From positions 947 through 64,946 of the forward strand of contig JAZBOO010000099.1 of the NCBI GenBank assembly GCA_036351155.1: 64,000 nt of DNA. Reading direction: 5' to 3'. The notes under the pieces were generated by a model. The model did not search any database and was not told the origin of the DNA. It saw only the letters and a program-made list of their open reading frames with translations. The translations under genes and the position numbers were made by a program. How positions within the stretch are numbered: the first letter of the stretch is position 1; the number at the start of each line of letters is the position of its first letter. Source of the stretch: Candidatus Krumholzibacteriia bacterium (lineage in GTDB: Bacteria; Krumholzibacteriota; Krumholzibacteriia; LZORAL124-64-63). This document shows positions 22,953 through 32,461 of the stretch, piece by piece.

Positions 22953-23141
22953 TCAGGATTCCTCGGAGCCGCCGGCCGGCAGCTTCTCGGCCTCGTCCGG
23001 CAACATGATGGGAATGTCATCCTCGATGCGATACCGCACCTTGCACTGGGCGCAGGTCAACCAGTTATGGCCGGCGTCCGGGGTCACCCCTTGACGGCAC
23101 ACGGGGCAGGCGAGGATTTCCAGAAGTTTGGGGTCCAGCAT
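22953..23141 (-). CDS. Trm112-family small zinc-finger protein (UPF0434/YcaR-like)
   Basis: ORF 22953..23159. The probable start is M7 (MLDPKLLEILACPVCRQGV...CAQCKVRYRIEDDIPIMLPDEAE); SD AGGAG sits 8 nt before this ATG but would be inside the ORF if M1 were used. Family fingerprint LLEILACPVC...C..C...Y.I.DGIP.ML. Confidence 0.75.
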   Translation of the reverse strand: MLDPKLLEILACPVCRQGVTPDAGHNWLTCAQCKVRYRIEDDIPIMLPDEAEKLPAGGSEES

Positions 23142-23191
23142 CTTCATGTCTCCTGACACGGATCTTCAGGTACGAGGGACTGTTGTCACGT

Positions 23192-23219
23192 ATTCTAATA
23201 CGATGGGGAAGGGTTGCAA
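23192..23219 (-). promoter_or_regulatory. Predicted sigma70-type promoter for the Trm112 / small membrane protein / porU transcription unit
   Basis: Reverse strand: -35 TTGCAA (23219..23214), 16-nt spacer, -10 TAGAAT (23197..23192). It lies ~50 nt upstream of the Trm112 start in an AT-rich island. The -10 is embedded in the palindrome CGTATTCTAATACG (possible operator). Confidence 0.35.
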
Positions 23220-23345
23220 ACACGCGATGGCGCTATCCACAAAAAAACCCGGCGGTTGAGACCATACAATGGCCCTGGCCAGGAGAGGCAGAACAGATTC
23301 TTGAAGGGGTTGGCAAAAGGATGATACGCCAAAAAAGCCTACGTG

Positions 23346-24326
23346 TCAACCTTGTCCGTTCTCCTCGTAGACCCCCATGTCCAGGAATTTTTGCAGGCGG
23401 GCATCCAGGAGATCGGTGATGGACATGGTTTCAAGCTCGGCCAGGGAGTCCTGAATTTGCCCCTTGATGGTCAGCGACATGCCCTTGTGGTCCCGGTGAG
23501 CGCCGCCGATGGGCTCGGGAATGATGGCGTCAATGGCCCCCAGCCTCAAGGCGTCCGTGCTGGTCAGCTTCATGGCCTTGGCCGCTTCCTTGCTCTTGGC
23601 GCCATCGCGCCAGAGGATGGCGGCACAGCCTTCCGGGCTGATCACGGAGTAGATGGAATTCTCCAGCATGAAGACCCGGTCGCCCACACCCAGGGCCAGA
23701 GCGCCACCGCTGCCGCCCTCGCCGGTGACAATCACCACGATGGGCACCGGCAAGTCAGCCATTTCCCGGAGATTGCGGGCAATGGCCTCGGCCTGGCCCC
23801 GTTCCTCCGCTCCAAGGCCAGGATAGGCCCCCGGAGTATCGATGAAGGTGACCACGGGACGCTCGAAGCGAGCCGCCATTTCCATCAACCGCAAGGCCTT
23901 GCGGTAGCCTTCGGGGTGCGCCATGCCAAAATTGCGCCGGATATTGCTCTTGGTGTCCCGGCCCTTCTGGTGGCCCAGGATCATGACCTTGCGGTCTTCC
24001 AGGGTGGCCATTCCCGCCACGATGGCCTCGTCATCGCGGAACATCCGGTCCCCGTGCAGTTCCACGAAATCGCTGAAGACATAGTGGATGTAATCGTTGG
24101 TGGTGGGGCGGCGAGGATGGCGAGCCAGCTGGACCCGCTGCCAGGGCTCCAGCTTGTCGAATATTTCCTTGCCCAGCTTTTTGGCCTTGTTCTGCAGCTT
24201 CTCGGTTTCCTCGGAAACGTCCACGCCCCGCACGGACGCGGAGTCCTGCAGATTCTGGATTTGCTCCTCGAGTTCCACCAGGGGCAGTTCGAAATCAAGC
24301 CAGAGAGCTTTTTTCTTCCAGTCCAT
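23346..24326 (-). CDS. accA: Acetyl-CoA carboxylase carboxyltransferase alpha subunit
   Basis: 326 aa. MDWKKKALWLDFELPLVELEEQIQNL..., GHQKGRDTKSNIRRNFGM, and the PGAYPGLGAEERGQAEAIA oxyanion region. Confidence 0.9.
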   Translation of the reverse strand: MDWKKKALWLDFELPLVELEEQIQNLQDSASVRGVDVSEETEKLQNKAKKLGKEIFDKLEPWQRVQLARHPRRPTTNDYIHYVFSDFVELHGDRMFRDDEAIVAGMATLEDRKVMILGHQKGRDTKSNIRRNFGMAHPEGYRKALRLMEMAARFERPVVTFIDTPGAYPGLGAEERGQAEAIARNLREMADLPVPIVVIVTGEGGSGGALALGVGDRVFMLENSIYSVISPEGCAAILWRDGAKSKEAAKAMKLTSTDALRLGAIDAIIPEPIGGAHRDHKGMSLTIKGQIQDSLAELETMSITDLLDARLQKFLDMGVYEENGQG

Positions 24327-24364
24327 GCCACACCTTCAAGGCTGCCTCCGGTGGGAGGCACAGG

Positions 24365-24395
24365 AAAAACCGTCTCCCGGAGTGAATACGGGAGA
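24365..24395 (-). terminator. Rho-independent terminator after the DUF481-like OMP gene
   Basis: Reverse-strand RNA: UCUCCCG-(uauucacuc)-CGGGAGA followed by CGGUUUUUCC. Lies ~65 nt downstream of the stop at 24460 and upstream of accA. Confidence 0.5.
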
Positions 24396-24459
24396 GTTCA
24401 TGTTGTCCGGAGAGTAAATAATCACCCCAAGTGGGCCGAATGTCCACCCTTTGTGGTGG

Positions 24460-25227
24460 TCAAAAATCGTAGGAGAACCCGGTGGAAGTTTCCCAGTCGG
24501 TACGAGCCACCCCACCGGCCGGCCGAGAATCCTCTTCCACCTGCACCCCCGTGAAAAGTGACAGAGACCCGGTGATCTCCACCTTCAAGTCACCCTGGGC
24601 AAAAAGCCGATGATCCGCAAACTCGGAAACGGCGGGCTGAAAAAAGACCAGGGCGTCGACGGAGACGCGTGATGTCACAGGGTAGACCAGGGAAAGAAAC
24701 AGGGACAGGCGCTGGCCCGTCGTGGCTCCCGGACCATCCTGGATCTGCTCACGCTCCCACATGAACGCACCGCCGAGGGCCAGGTCCAGACCTTCACGGG
24801 CGAGGAGATCACACCGGGCTCCCAGGCCCAGCAGCCGACGGGACTCCAGCCGCTGAAAGGGGTTTTCCTGCCACTGCGCAAAGGCCAGGGTGGACCAGGG
24901 GCCGCCCAGACGGCGGTTGTGCCGGAGATGACCCATGAACGCCCGGCCGGATTCCACCCCGCCGGAGGAACTCCGCTTGCCGCTGCCGATCAATCGCAGC
25001 AGATCGTTCCCGTACCGGTATTGCACCAGGCTGGAAAAGCTGAGCTTGGTGACCCGGCTATTGCCGCCCTGAGCACTGTGGCTGCCCGAGAATCCGCCGG
25101 ACCAACCGGCCTGGTCTGATGAGGAGATCCGCAGAGTGTTGACGATGCCCGCCTGGCAGGGGGAAGCCACGGCGGACATCATGAGGAGCAGACAGAAAAA
25201 CAGAGACAGAAAGGGGCGCATGAACAT
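24460..25227 (-). CDS. Small outer-membrane beta-barrel protein (DUF481/YdiY-like)
   Basis: 255 aa. Signal peptide MFMRPFLSLFFCLLLMMSAVASPCQA. Amphipathic beta strands and a C-terminus ...STGFSYDF typical of OMPs. SD GGAGGA upstream. Confidence 0.45.
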   Translation of the reverse strand: MFMRPFLSLFFCLLLMMSAVASPCQAGIVNTLRISSSDQAGWSGGFSGSHSAQGGNSRVTKLSFSSLVQYRYGNDLLRLIGSGKRSSSGGVESGRAFMGHLRHNRRLGGPWSTLAFAQWQENPFQRLESRRLLGLGARCDLLAREGLDLALGGAFMWEREQIQDGPGATTGQRLSLFLSLVYPVTSRVSVDALVFFQPAVSEFADHRLFAQGDLKVEITGSLSLFTGVQVEEDSRPAGGVARTDWETSTGFSYDF

Positions 25228-25264
25228 GACAGGTCCTCCATGACCTTGAAGCAGGCGCAGTCGA

Positions 25265-28200
25265 TCAGGCGCGCGCCGTGAAACGTTGCTTGCGTTCGAT
25301 GGGAGCGGGCAGCGTGGCGCGCAGCCGCAGTCCGTCAGCCCCGGGCACCTTCCGCAGTTCGCGAAGGCTGTCCAGGGTCAGGGCGATGTCCCGACCGTCC
25401 GAGCGCAGCAACCACTTGGTGTCGTTCCGCTGCACCTCAACCACCAGGGGCACGGGTCGGGCCATGACCGGTTCCGGGGCCAGCGGGGCATCGGGATCAC
25501 CCGGATCGCTTCCCCCGGCCATGGCGCCGGCAAGGTCGCCGGCAGGTTTTTCGGAGCTTTCCGGCTCCTCGGGTTCCAGGCCCAGACAGCGCAACGGCTG
25601 AGCACGGCCATACAATTCGAACAGGCGACCCAGTTCCGCCACCCCTTTCTGGCCGGCCTTGTCCAGGTCCATTTCCAGGAACACATCTTTGACCCAGCAC
25701 CCCAGAACCTCGTCGATGCGGGTGATGCGATCAACCACCACCTCACGCATGCCATCGCTCCGCACCTGCACACGACCACCGACCACCAGGATGGAATCGC
25801 TTTCCACCAGCGCGACGGCCTGCTCGTAAAGGCGTGAATACACCACCAGGCCCATCACACCCGAGGTGTCCTCGAAATGGGCGCGGGCGTAAACCCGCTT
25901 GTGACGATCGCGGTGCTTGGTGTGGCTGGTGATCACACCCACCAGATCCACCCAGGTGCCCTCGCCCCGCTTGTGAGCGCCGGCGGTGGTGCCCACCGGC
26001 AGGCAGGAAATCAGTTCGCGGTACTCGTGGAAGGGGTGCCCGGACAGGAAAAAGCCCACCGCCGCGCGTTCCTTGCTGAGCTCAACCAGAGGATCGAAGG
26101 GCTCGCATTCCAGCAGCGTCGGCTTGAGGGTTTCCTCGGCCGCCGCCCCACCGAACAGGGAGGCCTGGCCCCCGGCCCGATCCCGGGCGGCCTTCTGACC
26201 GAAACCGATGGCCCGGTCAAGGTTGGTCAGGATCTGGCGCCGGTGTCCGGGCAGCCGGTCCATGGCCCCGGCGTTGGTCAGACCTTCCAGCACCTTGCGG
26301 TTGACCTTCTGCAGGTCCGTGTGCTCGGCCAGATCGAACAGGTCGGTGAAGTCCCGCCCCAGTTCTTCCCAGCATTGCCGGATGACGTCGATGGCTGCCG
26401 CCCCCACGCCCTTGACCGCCCCCATGCCGAAGATGATGGCCCCGTCCCGAACCCCGAATTCACTGCTGGGCTGGTTGATGTCCGGCGGATGAATCGCGAT
26501 ACCCAGGGCCTTGACCTCGTCGATCAGCTGGGTGATGCGCTCGCTCTTGCGCATCTCGGTACTCATGGTGGCGGCCATGAACTCCGCCGGGTGATGCGCC
26601 TTCAACCAGGCCGTCTGGATGGACAGCAACGCATAGGCCGCCGAGTGGCTCTTGTTGAAGCCGTACTGGGCGAAGAACTCCATCTCCTCGTAGATCTCGC
26701 GGGCGGCGCGTTCGTCGTAGCCTCCCGCCTTGGCGCCTTCCAGGAACTTCACCTTCAGTTCGGCCATCATGTCGAGCTTCTTCTTGCCCATGGCCTTGCG
26801 CAGGGTGTCGGCCTGCCCCATGGAAAAGCCACCCATCGTCGAGGCGATCTGCATCACCTGTTCCTGGTACAGGATCACCCCGTAGGTGTCTCTCAGGATG
26901 GGCTCGAGGCAGGCGTCCTTGAAGGTGACCGACTGGCGGCCATGCTTGCGCTCCACATACACCTTGTCCATGTCCGCGCCCAGAGGCCCGGGTCGGTACA
27001 GGGCACAGATGGCCGTGATGTCGTCGTAGCAGGTGGGTGCCAGCTTGCGCACCAGCTCCTGCATGCCGCTGCTTTCCAGCTGGAAGATCCCGACCGTCCG
27101 CCCCTCCTGCAAGAGCTTGTAGGTCGCCTCGTCATCGGTGGGAATATCTTCAGCCCGGAGCAGTTTTCCGGTGCTCAGCTCGATGAGCTTCAGCGCCTTG
27201 TCGATCACCGTCAGGGTGCGCAACCCCAGGAAATCCATCTTCAGCAGGCCCAGCTTTTCGCTCATGTTCATGTCGAACTGGACCGTGATGTCACCCTTGG
27301 TGCTCTTGGCCAGCGGCGCGTGTTCGATCAGGGGCGACGGCGTGATCAGTACACCGGCCGCATGGATTCCCGTGTTGCGGTTCAGCCCCTCGAGAACCAG
27401 CGCATTGCGCAGCAGCATGGCGTGCTCGTCGGACTCCCGTGGAATCTCCTTGAGCCCCGGCGCCTCGTCGATGGCCTTCTGCAGGGTGATCCCGATCTCC
27501 TCGGGCACCATCTTGCTGATGCGGTCGCTCTCGGCAAAGCTGAACTCGAGTACCCGGGCCACATCCTTCAGCACCGCGCGGGCGGCCATGGTGCCGAAGG
27601 TGATGATCTGCGACACGTTCTCGCGGCCGTACTTCTGAGCCACGTACTCGATGACCTCGCCCCGCTTCTCGTAGCAGAAGTCGACATCGATATCCGGCAT
27701 GCTGATGCGCTCGGGGTTCAGGAACCGCTCGAACAGCAGCTGGTGGCGGATGGGATCGATGTCGGTGATGCCCATGCAGTAGCAAACCAGGCTACCGGCG
27801 GCCGAGCCACGCCCAGGGCCCACGGGAATGCTCCGTTGCCGGGCCGCGTCGATGAAATCCCAGACGATCAGGAAATACCCGGCGTAGCCTGTTTCGGCAA
27901 TGATGCCGAGCTCGTATTCAAGGCGTTCGTTCAGCTCGGGCGTGATCTCCGGGTATCGCTGCTTGAGCCCCTCCCGCGCCAGGTGGGTGACGTACTCGTC
28001 GGGTGTGGTGAATCCTTCAGGAAGGGGAAACTTGGGCAGCAGCAGATTGCCCAGCTGCATCTCGAAATCCACCATGTCGGCCACGCGCAGGGTGTTCTCG
28101 ATGGCCTCGGGCCAGTCCTGGAACAGCTGCAGCATTTCTTCGGTGCTCTTGAAGTAGATTTCCGGGCTGTGGCTGCGCCAGCGGTTGGGATCGTTCAGCG

Positions 28201-29053
28201 TTTTGCCGGTCTGGATGGCCATGAGAATGTCGTGGGCCTCATGGTGGGAGCGGTCCAGAAAGTGGCAATCGTTCGTGCAGATGATGGGCAATCCGGTGGC
28301 CCTGGCCACCTGCGGCATGAGCTCCCTGATGCGCGCCTCTTCCTCGATGCCGTGGTTCTGGATCTCCAGAAAATAGTTGTCCGGACCCAGGATTTCCTTG
28401 TAGGCACTGGCCGCCTCGATGGCTGACTTGACATCGTTGTTGCGCAGGTGCCAGTTGGGTTCGCCGCTCATGCAGGCGGTCAGACCGATGATGCCCTCGC
28501 TGTACTGGGCCAGCAGTTCCCGGTCGATACGGGGGCGATAATAAAAACCTTCCAGGTAACCGAGGCTGCTCAGCTTGACCAGGTTCTTGTAGCCCGTCTC
28601 GTTCTTGGCCAGCAGCACCATGTGGAAGCTCTTGTTGTTCACCTTGTCGGCGTTGCGATTGTGCCGGTCCCCGGTGATGTAGGCCTCGGTGCCGATGATG
28701 GGCTTGATGCCGTTCTTCTTGCAGGCCAGATAGAATTCGACGGCGCCGAACATGTTGCCGTGGTCGGTCAGGGCCAGGGCAGGCTGACCCAGATCCGCCG
28801 CCCGCTTGGCCATGGCGCCCGTTTTCATGGCCCCGTCAAGCAGACTGTAATCGGAGTGGTTGTGCAGGTGAACGAAGTTGCCGGAAACTGCCAATTTATC
28901 TAACCCATCGCGCCGAATCGTCAAAAAATGCACCGGGAATGCCCCGGGGGGAATCGGGGTCCCACAATAGCAGGTCTCCCGATCGGACACAACCGGCCGG
29001 CGGAGATCCCTGCGAAACCAGCCCCCAGCCTCCCGTTTTCGAAGGTCCGGCAC
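25265..29053 (-). CDS. dnaE: DNA polymerase III alpha subunit
   Basis: PHP domain start FVHLHNHSDYSLLDGAMK; polymerase core, (HhH)2 and OB regions (GFFLSGHPF). The track start at 29053 adds 53 non-conserved codons. A TTG at ~28894 sits just before the conserved N-terminus and may be the true start. Confidence 0.95.
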   Translation of the reverse strand: MPDLRKREAGGWFRRDLRRPVVSDRETCYCGTPIPPGAFPVHFLTIRRDGLDKLAVSGNFVHLHNHSDYSLLDGAMKTGAMAKRAADLGQPALALTDHGNMFGAVEFYLACKKNGIKPIIGTEAYITGDRHNRNADKVNNKSFHMVLLAKNETGYKNLVKLSSLGYLEGFYYRPRIDRELLAQYSEGIIGLTACMSGEPNWHLRNNDVKSAIEAASAYKEILGPDNYFLEIQNHGIEEEARIRELMPQVARATGLPIICTNDCHFLDRSHHEAHDILMAIQTGKTLNDPNRWRSHSPEIYFKSTEEMLQLFQDWPEAIENTLRVADMVDFEMQLGNLLLPKFPLPEGFTTPDEYVTHLAREGLKQRYPEITPELNERLEYELGIIAETGYAGYFLIVWDFIDAARQRSIPVGPGRGSAAGSLVCYCMGITDIDPIRHQLLFERFLNPERISMPDIDVDFCYEKRGEVIEYVAQKYGRENVSQIITFGTMAARAVLKDVARVLEFSFAESDRISKMVPEEIGITLQKAIDEAPGLKEIPRESDEHAMLLRNALVLEGLNRNTGIHAAGVLITPSPLIEHAPLAKSTKGDITVQFDMNMSEKLGLLKMDFLGLRTLTVIDKALKLIELSTGKLLRAEDIPTDDEATYKLLQEGRTVGIFQLESSGMQELVRKLAPTCYDDITAICALYRPGPLGADMDKVYVERKHGRQSVTFKDACLEPILRDTYGVILYQEQVMQIASTMGGFSMGQADTLRKAMGKKKLDMMAELKVKFLEGAKAGGYDERAAREIYEEMEFFAQYGFNKSHSAAYALLSIQTAWLKAHHPAEFMAATMSTEMRKSERITQLIDEVKALGIAIHPPDINQPSSEFGVRDGAIIFGMGAVKGVGAAAIDVIRQCWEELGRDFTDLFDLAEHTDLQKVNRKVLEGLTNAGAMDRLPGHRRQILTNLDRAIGFGQKAARDRAGGQASLFGGAAAEETLKPTLLECEPFDPLVELSKERAAVGFFLSGHPFHEYRELISCLPVGTTAGAHKRGEGTWVDLVGVITSHTKHRDRHKRVYARAHFEDTSGVMGLVVYSRLYEQAVALVESDSILVVGGRVQVRSDGMREVVVDRITRIDEVLGCWVKDVFLEMDLDKAGQKGVAELGRLFELYGRAQPLRCLGLEPEEPESSEKPAGDLAGAMAGGSDPGDPDAPLAPEPVMARPVPLVVEVQRNDTKWLLRSDGRDIALTLDSLRELRKVPGADGLRLRATLPAPIERKQRFTARA

Positions 29054-29071
29054 AGCCGAGAGCCCTCCGCG

Positions 29072-30940
29072 TCAGGGGCCTGAATCCTGGAGAGTGATGG
29101 TCCAGGCCAGCCGCCGGGCATGGCCCGCCTCATCCTCCACGCTGACCTCCAGGGTATGGGCCCCCGCCTGAACGGTATCCGGCAGGGTGACCAGGATGCG
29201 GTCCCGGATCAGGTCGGGCTCCGCAATCAACTGCCGCCCATCCAGCTGAACATCGACAGAAGCGGGAGAAACGCCGGATCCCTCGTCCATCACCCGCACG
29301 GCGATCACCTCCCACCGAGGCAAGGTCACGCCGGGGATCTGGCTCACGGGCCCAGGCCGCACGGGCTCTTCCTGCGCGAGGGCCATCACTGGAGCCTGGT
29401 CATCGCGCAAGACCGCATGCAGTCCCGGGTCCCGGATCGGGCAAGCCAGGGAACCATCGTCCAGGCTCAGCACCGGGCCCACCGGTTCCCAGGCGCCGCT
29501 GTCATTCTGCCGATAGACGGCCACGCCCGGATCCTGAGCCAGGTCAGCAGGCCAGGCCTCCGTCCCGGGAAATGGTATGGTCAGCTCGGCATCGACCACC
29601 CAGTCGGCCGCCTGCACCAGAACCCCGGGCCCGGCCTGGGACAGGCCCTGCGCCGTCAGGCCCTCCTGGGTGGGAATCGCCACCGCAGACACCAGAACGG
29701 TCATGGGTTCCAGCACGGGGTCACCCTGTCCGGGATGCAAGGAAAGAACCTGGACCGCGGCATCAGCCGGGACGCCTTCCTGCAAGAATGGAGTCAGCCG
29801 GAATCCCCCGGAATCGCGGACCCCCATGGGACGGGGTGTCCAGGCCGTGGCCTCCAGCTGGGGGCGAACCCCGACCACCAGATCCCAGCGGGCTTCGGTG
29901 CTGTTGCCCGCACGGTCGGTGGCCCGCAGAACCACGCGATGCACGCCCTTGCTCAACCCCTCTCCCTCGGTGCCCAGATACCACAGATCTCCTGTCCGAC
30001 CCTCGAGAGTATTGGCCGGCCGCCGGTGCAACCAGCGTTCCCGGAACGCGCCGCCCTCAGTTGCCACCTTGTCCGCCCATTCCAGCCGTTGCAGGCTGTT
30101 CTGTTCGAACCCATACCATTCGTTGCGGCACTCATGGACCAGGGTGCCATCCACCTCCACCTCGATCAGCCAGGGTTCCAGCTTGTGGCCCCGGATGTCG
30201 GTTTTTTCCACGATCCGGGCACTGAAGGCCACCGGTCCGCTGGTGTTCAAGGTGGGCAAATCGCCCTCCAGGCCGGCCTCACCCCCACTCAGGTGATGCT
30301 CCAGCGGCTGGCCATTGACCAGGGTGCCCGCCTTGGCCGGCCAGGCGGTCAACCCGGTGATGACCGGGGCAATGGTGTCCTGGACCTCGAATCCCTGAGC
30401 TTGGGGATCCAGAGGCCGCCCTTGCGCATCCCGCACCTCGAAATGCAGATGAGGCCCGTTGGTCCCCGATTGACCACTCAACCCCAGCACTTGCCCCCGC
30501 TGGACCGCCCACTTGCCCGGACTGAAATAAAGCTGGGTCCGGTAGCGGCCGTTTTCCTGCTGGCTGCGCACCACCTTCTCGCGGATCTCATCGGCAAAGC
30601 GCTTCAGATGGGCATACACATAGGTGCGGCCCGACACACCCTGCAGATAGACCGCCCGGCCGTAGGCCCCCGGGCTGGTGCGCACCCGGACAATGTGCGC
30701 ATCCTCCACTGCATACACGGGGAACCCCTCCTGGGACCGGGTTTTCAGGTCGATCCCGGCGTGGAACCGGCCATCCCGATACTCCATGAAATTGCTGGTC
30801 AGGTACCGGGTCCCCAGATCCATGGGCCAGCGCGGAGCCTCTTCGGCCGCGCCGCCCTTTTCCGGCCAGAGGCAGGCCTGGAGCGCCAGCAGCAAAACAA
30901 TGAGGTAAAGATGAGCGTGTGGCGAACGATTCAAGGACAT
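29072..30940 (-). CDS. Secreted M23-family (LytM-type) metallopeptidase with a large C-terminal extension
   Basis: Signal peptide MSLNRSPHAHLYLIVLLLALQACLWP. M23 zinc motifs HAGIDL (HxxxD) and GPHLHFEV (HxH). ~350 extra C-terminal residues. Confidence 0.8.
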   Translation of the reverse strand: MSLNRSPHAHLYLIVLLLALQACLWPEKGGAAEEAPRWPMDLGTRYLTSNFMEYRDGRFHAGIDLKTRSQEGFPVYAVEDAHIVRVRTSPGAYGRAVYLQGVSGRTYVYAHLKRFADEIREKVVRSQQENGRYRTQLYFSPGKWAVQRGQVLGLSGQSGTNGPHLHFEVRDAQGRPLDPQAQGFEVQDTIAPVITGLTAWPAKAGTLVNGQPLEHHLSGGEAGLEGDLPTLNTSGPVAFSARIVEKTDIRGHKLEPWLIEVEVDGTLVHECRNEWYGFEQNSLQRLEWADKVATEGGAFRERWLHRRPANTLEGRTGDLWYLGTEGEGLSKGVHRVVLRATDRAGNSTEARWDLVVGVRPQLEATAWTPRPMGVRDSGGFRLTPFLQEGVPADAAVQVLSLHPGQGDPVLEPMTVLVSAVAIPTQEGLTAQGLSQAGPGVLVQAADWVVDAELTIPFPGTEAWPADLAQDPGVAVYRQNDSGAWEPVGPVLSLDDGSLACPIRDPGLHAVLRDDQAPVMALAQEEPVRPGPVSQIPGVTLPRWEVIAVRVMDEGSGVSPASVDVQLDGRQLIAEPDLIRDRILVTLPDTVQAGAHTLEVSVEDEAGHARRLAWTITLQDSGP

Positions 30941-30994
30941 GGCGAAGGTCGCTCCGGTTGGGGTTTCAGGGTCAGGTCAGGGCCCACCTTTTTG

Positions 30995-31023
30995 GGGACA
31001 AGCCATGTTCTGGACTGTACAAT
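30995..31023 (+). promoter_or_regulatory. Candidate promoter for the PIN-PhoH gene
   Basis: -35 GGGACA (30995..31000), 17-nt spacer, -10 TACAAT (31018..31023), in an AT-rich divergent intergenic region. Leaves an ~80-nt leader to the SD GGGAGGG (31091..31097). Confidence 0.3.
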
Positions 31024-31102
31024 AAATGATGTGGAAGGATCCACGCCACTGGATGTTCAGGCAAACATCCAGCAATCTCCTCAAAACCACGGGAGGGTGT
31101 AC

Positions 31103-32455
31103 ATGGACACAACCTCAGGCCACTGGATCGATGATCAGGCCACCATCCCCGTGCCTACCGGCAAATGTTTTCTCCTGGATACCAACGTTCTGCTGCACGA
31201 CGCCGACAGCCTGGCTGCTTTCGAGGACAACAACATCGTCCTGACGGTGGATGTGCTCGAGGAACTGGACCGTTTCAAGCGCGGCAACGACGAGAAGGCC
31301 CGCAACGCGCGGCGGGTCATCCGCACCATCGACGCCCTGCGCGATGGCCAGCCCCTCAGTCAGGGCGTGCCCCTGCCCGAGGGGGGCAAGCTCTACATCC
31401 TGGTGAAGTCCTTCCTCGATTTCCTGCCCAAGGGCATGGACCGGTCCATCACCGACAACCGCATCCTGGCCGCCGGGTGCGCCCTGGAAAAGGCCGGCGT
31501 CGAGGTCCCCTTCGTGACCAAGGACATCAACGCCCGGGTCAAGGCCGACGCCCTGGGCATCAAGGCCGATGATTTTTTGAGCCGCACCGTGAACTTCGAT
31601 GAGCTGTACACCGGCTGGAGCGAGCACGATGTGCCCCAGGAAGTGGTCGACAACTTTTATCAAGGCACACCGACCAGCCTGGAACACGAGTTCAGCCCCA
31701 ACGAGTGTGTGCTGCTGAAAAGTGAAAGCAATCCCAAGCACTCCGCGCGTGGGATTTTCCGCGCGGAGTCGAATCTCATCGAACCTTTGCAGCATGCCGA
31801 CACCCACCCCTGGGGTCTGAGTGCCCGCAACTTGCAGCAGCACTTTGCTCTGGAATTGCTTTTGCGGGAGGACATCAGGCTGGTGACCATGCTGGGCCAG
31901 GCCGGGACCGGCAAGACCCTGCTGGCTCTGGCGGTGGGCCTGCAAATGGCCGCCGAGGACAAGAAGTACCGACGCATCATGGTCAGCCGGCCCATCATGC
32001 CGCTGGGCAAGGACATCGGCTACCTGCCCGGCAGCAAGGACGAGAAGCTGAGCAGCTGGATGCAGCCGGTTTCCGACAATCTGCAGTACCTGGTCGACCC
32101 CAAGCTGGAACACAGCGGGGACAAGGTGCAGTACCTGTACGATACGGGTGTGGTCGAGGTGGAGGCGGTGACCTACATCCGCGGGCGCAGCTTGCCGAAG
32201 CTGTTCATCATCATCGATGAGGCTCAGAACCTGACCCCCCACGAGGTCAAGACGGTGGTCAGCCGGGCGGGTGAAGATGCCAAGGTGGTGTTGACGGGCG
32301 ATGCGTACCAGATCGACAACCCGTACCTGGACGCGTCCAGCAACGGGTTGACCTACGTGGTGGAGCGGTTCAAGAACCAACCCATTCACGGGCACATCAC
32401 GCTGGCCAAGAGCGAGCGCAGCGAGCTGGCCAGCCTGGCGGCGGACCTGCTGTAG
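31103..32455 (+). CDS. PIN-domain / PhoH-like ATPase fusion (PhoH2/YlaK-type RNA helicase-nuclease)
   Basis: Real start is the internal ATG 31103 after SD GGGAGGG. The long track ORF 29120..32455 upstream of it is an antisense artefact over the M23 gene. N-terminal PIN (CFLLDTNVLLHDADSL...VLTVDVLEELD) and PhoH Walker A (MLGQAGTGKTLLALA). Confidence 0.85.
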   Translation: MDTTSGHWIDDQATIPVPTGKCFLLDTNVLLHDADSLAAFEDNNIVLTVDVLEELDRFKRGNDEKARNARRVIRTIDALRDGQPLSQGVPLPEGGKLYILVKSFLDFLPKGMDRSITDNRILAAGCALEKAGVEVPFVTKDINARVKADALGIKADDFLSRTVNFDELYTGWSEHDVPQEVVDNFYQGTPTSLEHEFSPNECVLLKSESNPKHSARGIFRAESNLIEPLQHADTHPWGLSARNLQQHFALELLLREDIRLVTMLGQAGTGKTLLALAVGLQMAAEDKKYRRIMVSRPIMPLGKDIGYLPGSKDEKLSSWMQPVSDNLQYLVDPKLEHSGDKVQYLYDTGVVEVEAVTYIRGRSLPKLFIIIDEAQNLTPHEVKTVVSRAGEDAKVVLTGDAYQIDNPYLDASSNGLTYVVERFKNQPIHGHITLAKSERSELASLAADLL

Positions 32456-32460
32456 GTCCG
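32442..32460. terminator. Short GC hairpin spanning the convergent stop codons of the PIN-PhoH and lipoprotein genes
   Basis: CGGACCT-gctgt-AGGTCCG 7-bp stem between the TAG at 32453..32455 (+) and the TAG at 32462..32464 (-). No U-tract, so function is uncertain. Confidence 0.25.
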
Positions 32461-32461
32461 G

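Noticed and set aside
23246-23257. Self-complementary AACCCGGCGGTT followed by a T-run, as a possible accA terminator
   Set aside because: Only a 4-bp stem is possible once a loop is allowed, which is too weak to call confidently. Mentioned only within the intergenic finding.
23183-23419. 78-aa plus-strand ORF in the Trm112/accA intergenic region
   Set aside because: No RBS and an arbitrary sequence. The region is better explained as a promoter/terminator island for the flanking reverse-strand genes.
29120-31102. 5' two-thirds of the 1111-aa plus-strand ORF 29120..32455
   Set aside because: Antisense to the M23 peptidase gene, with a proline/glycine/arginine-rich GC-frame artefact translation. 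Only the segment from the SD-preceded ATG at 31103 (PIN-PhoH2) is credible.
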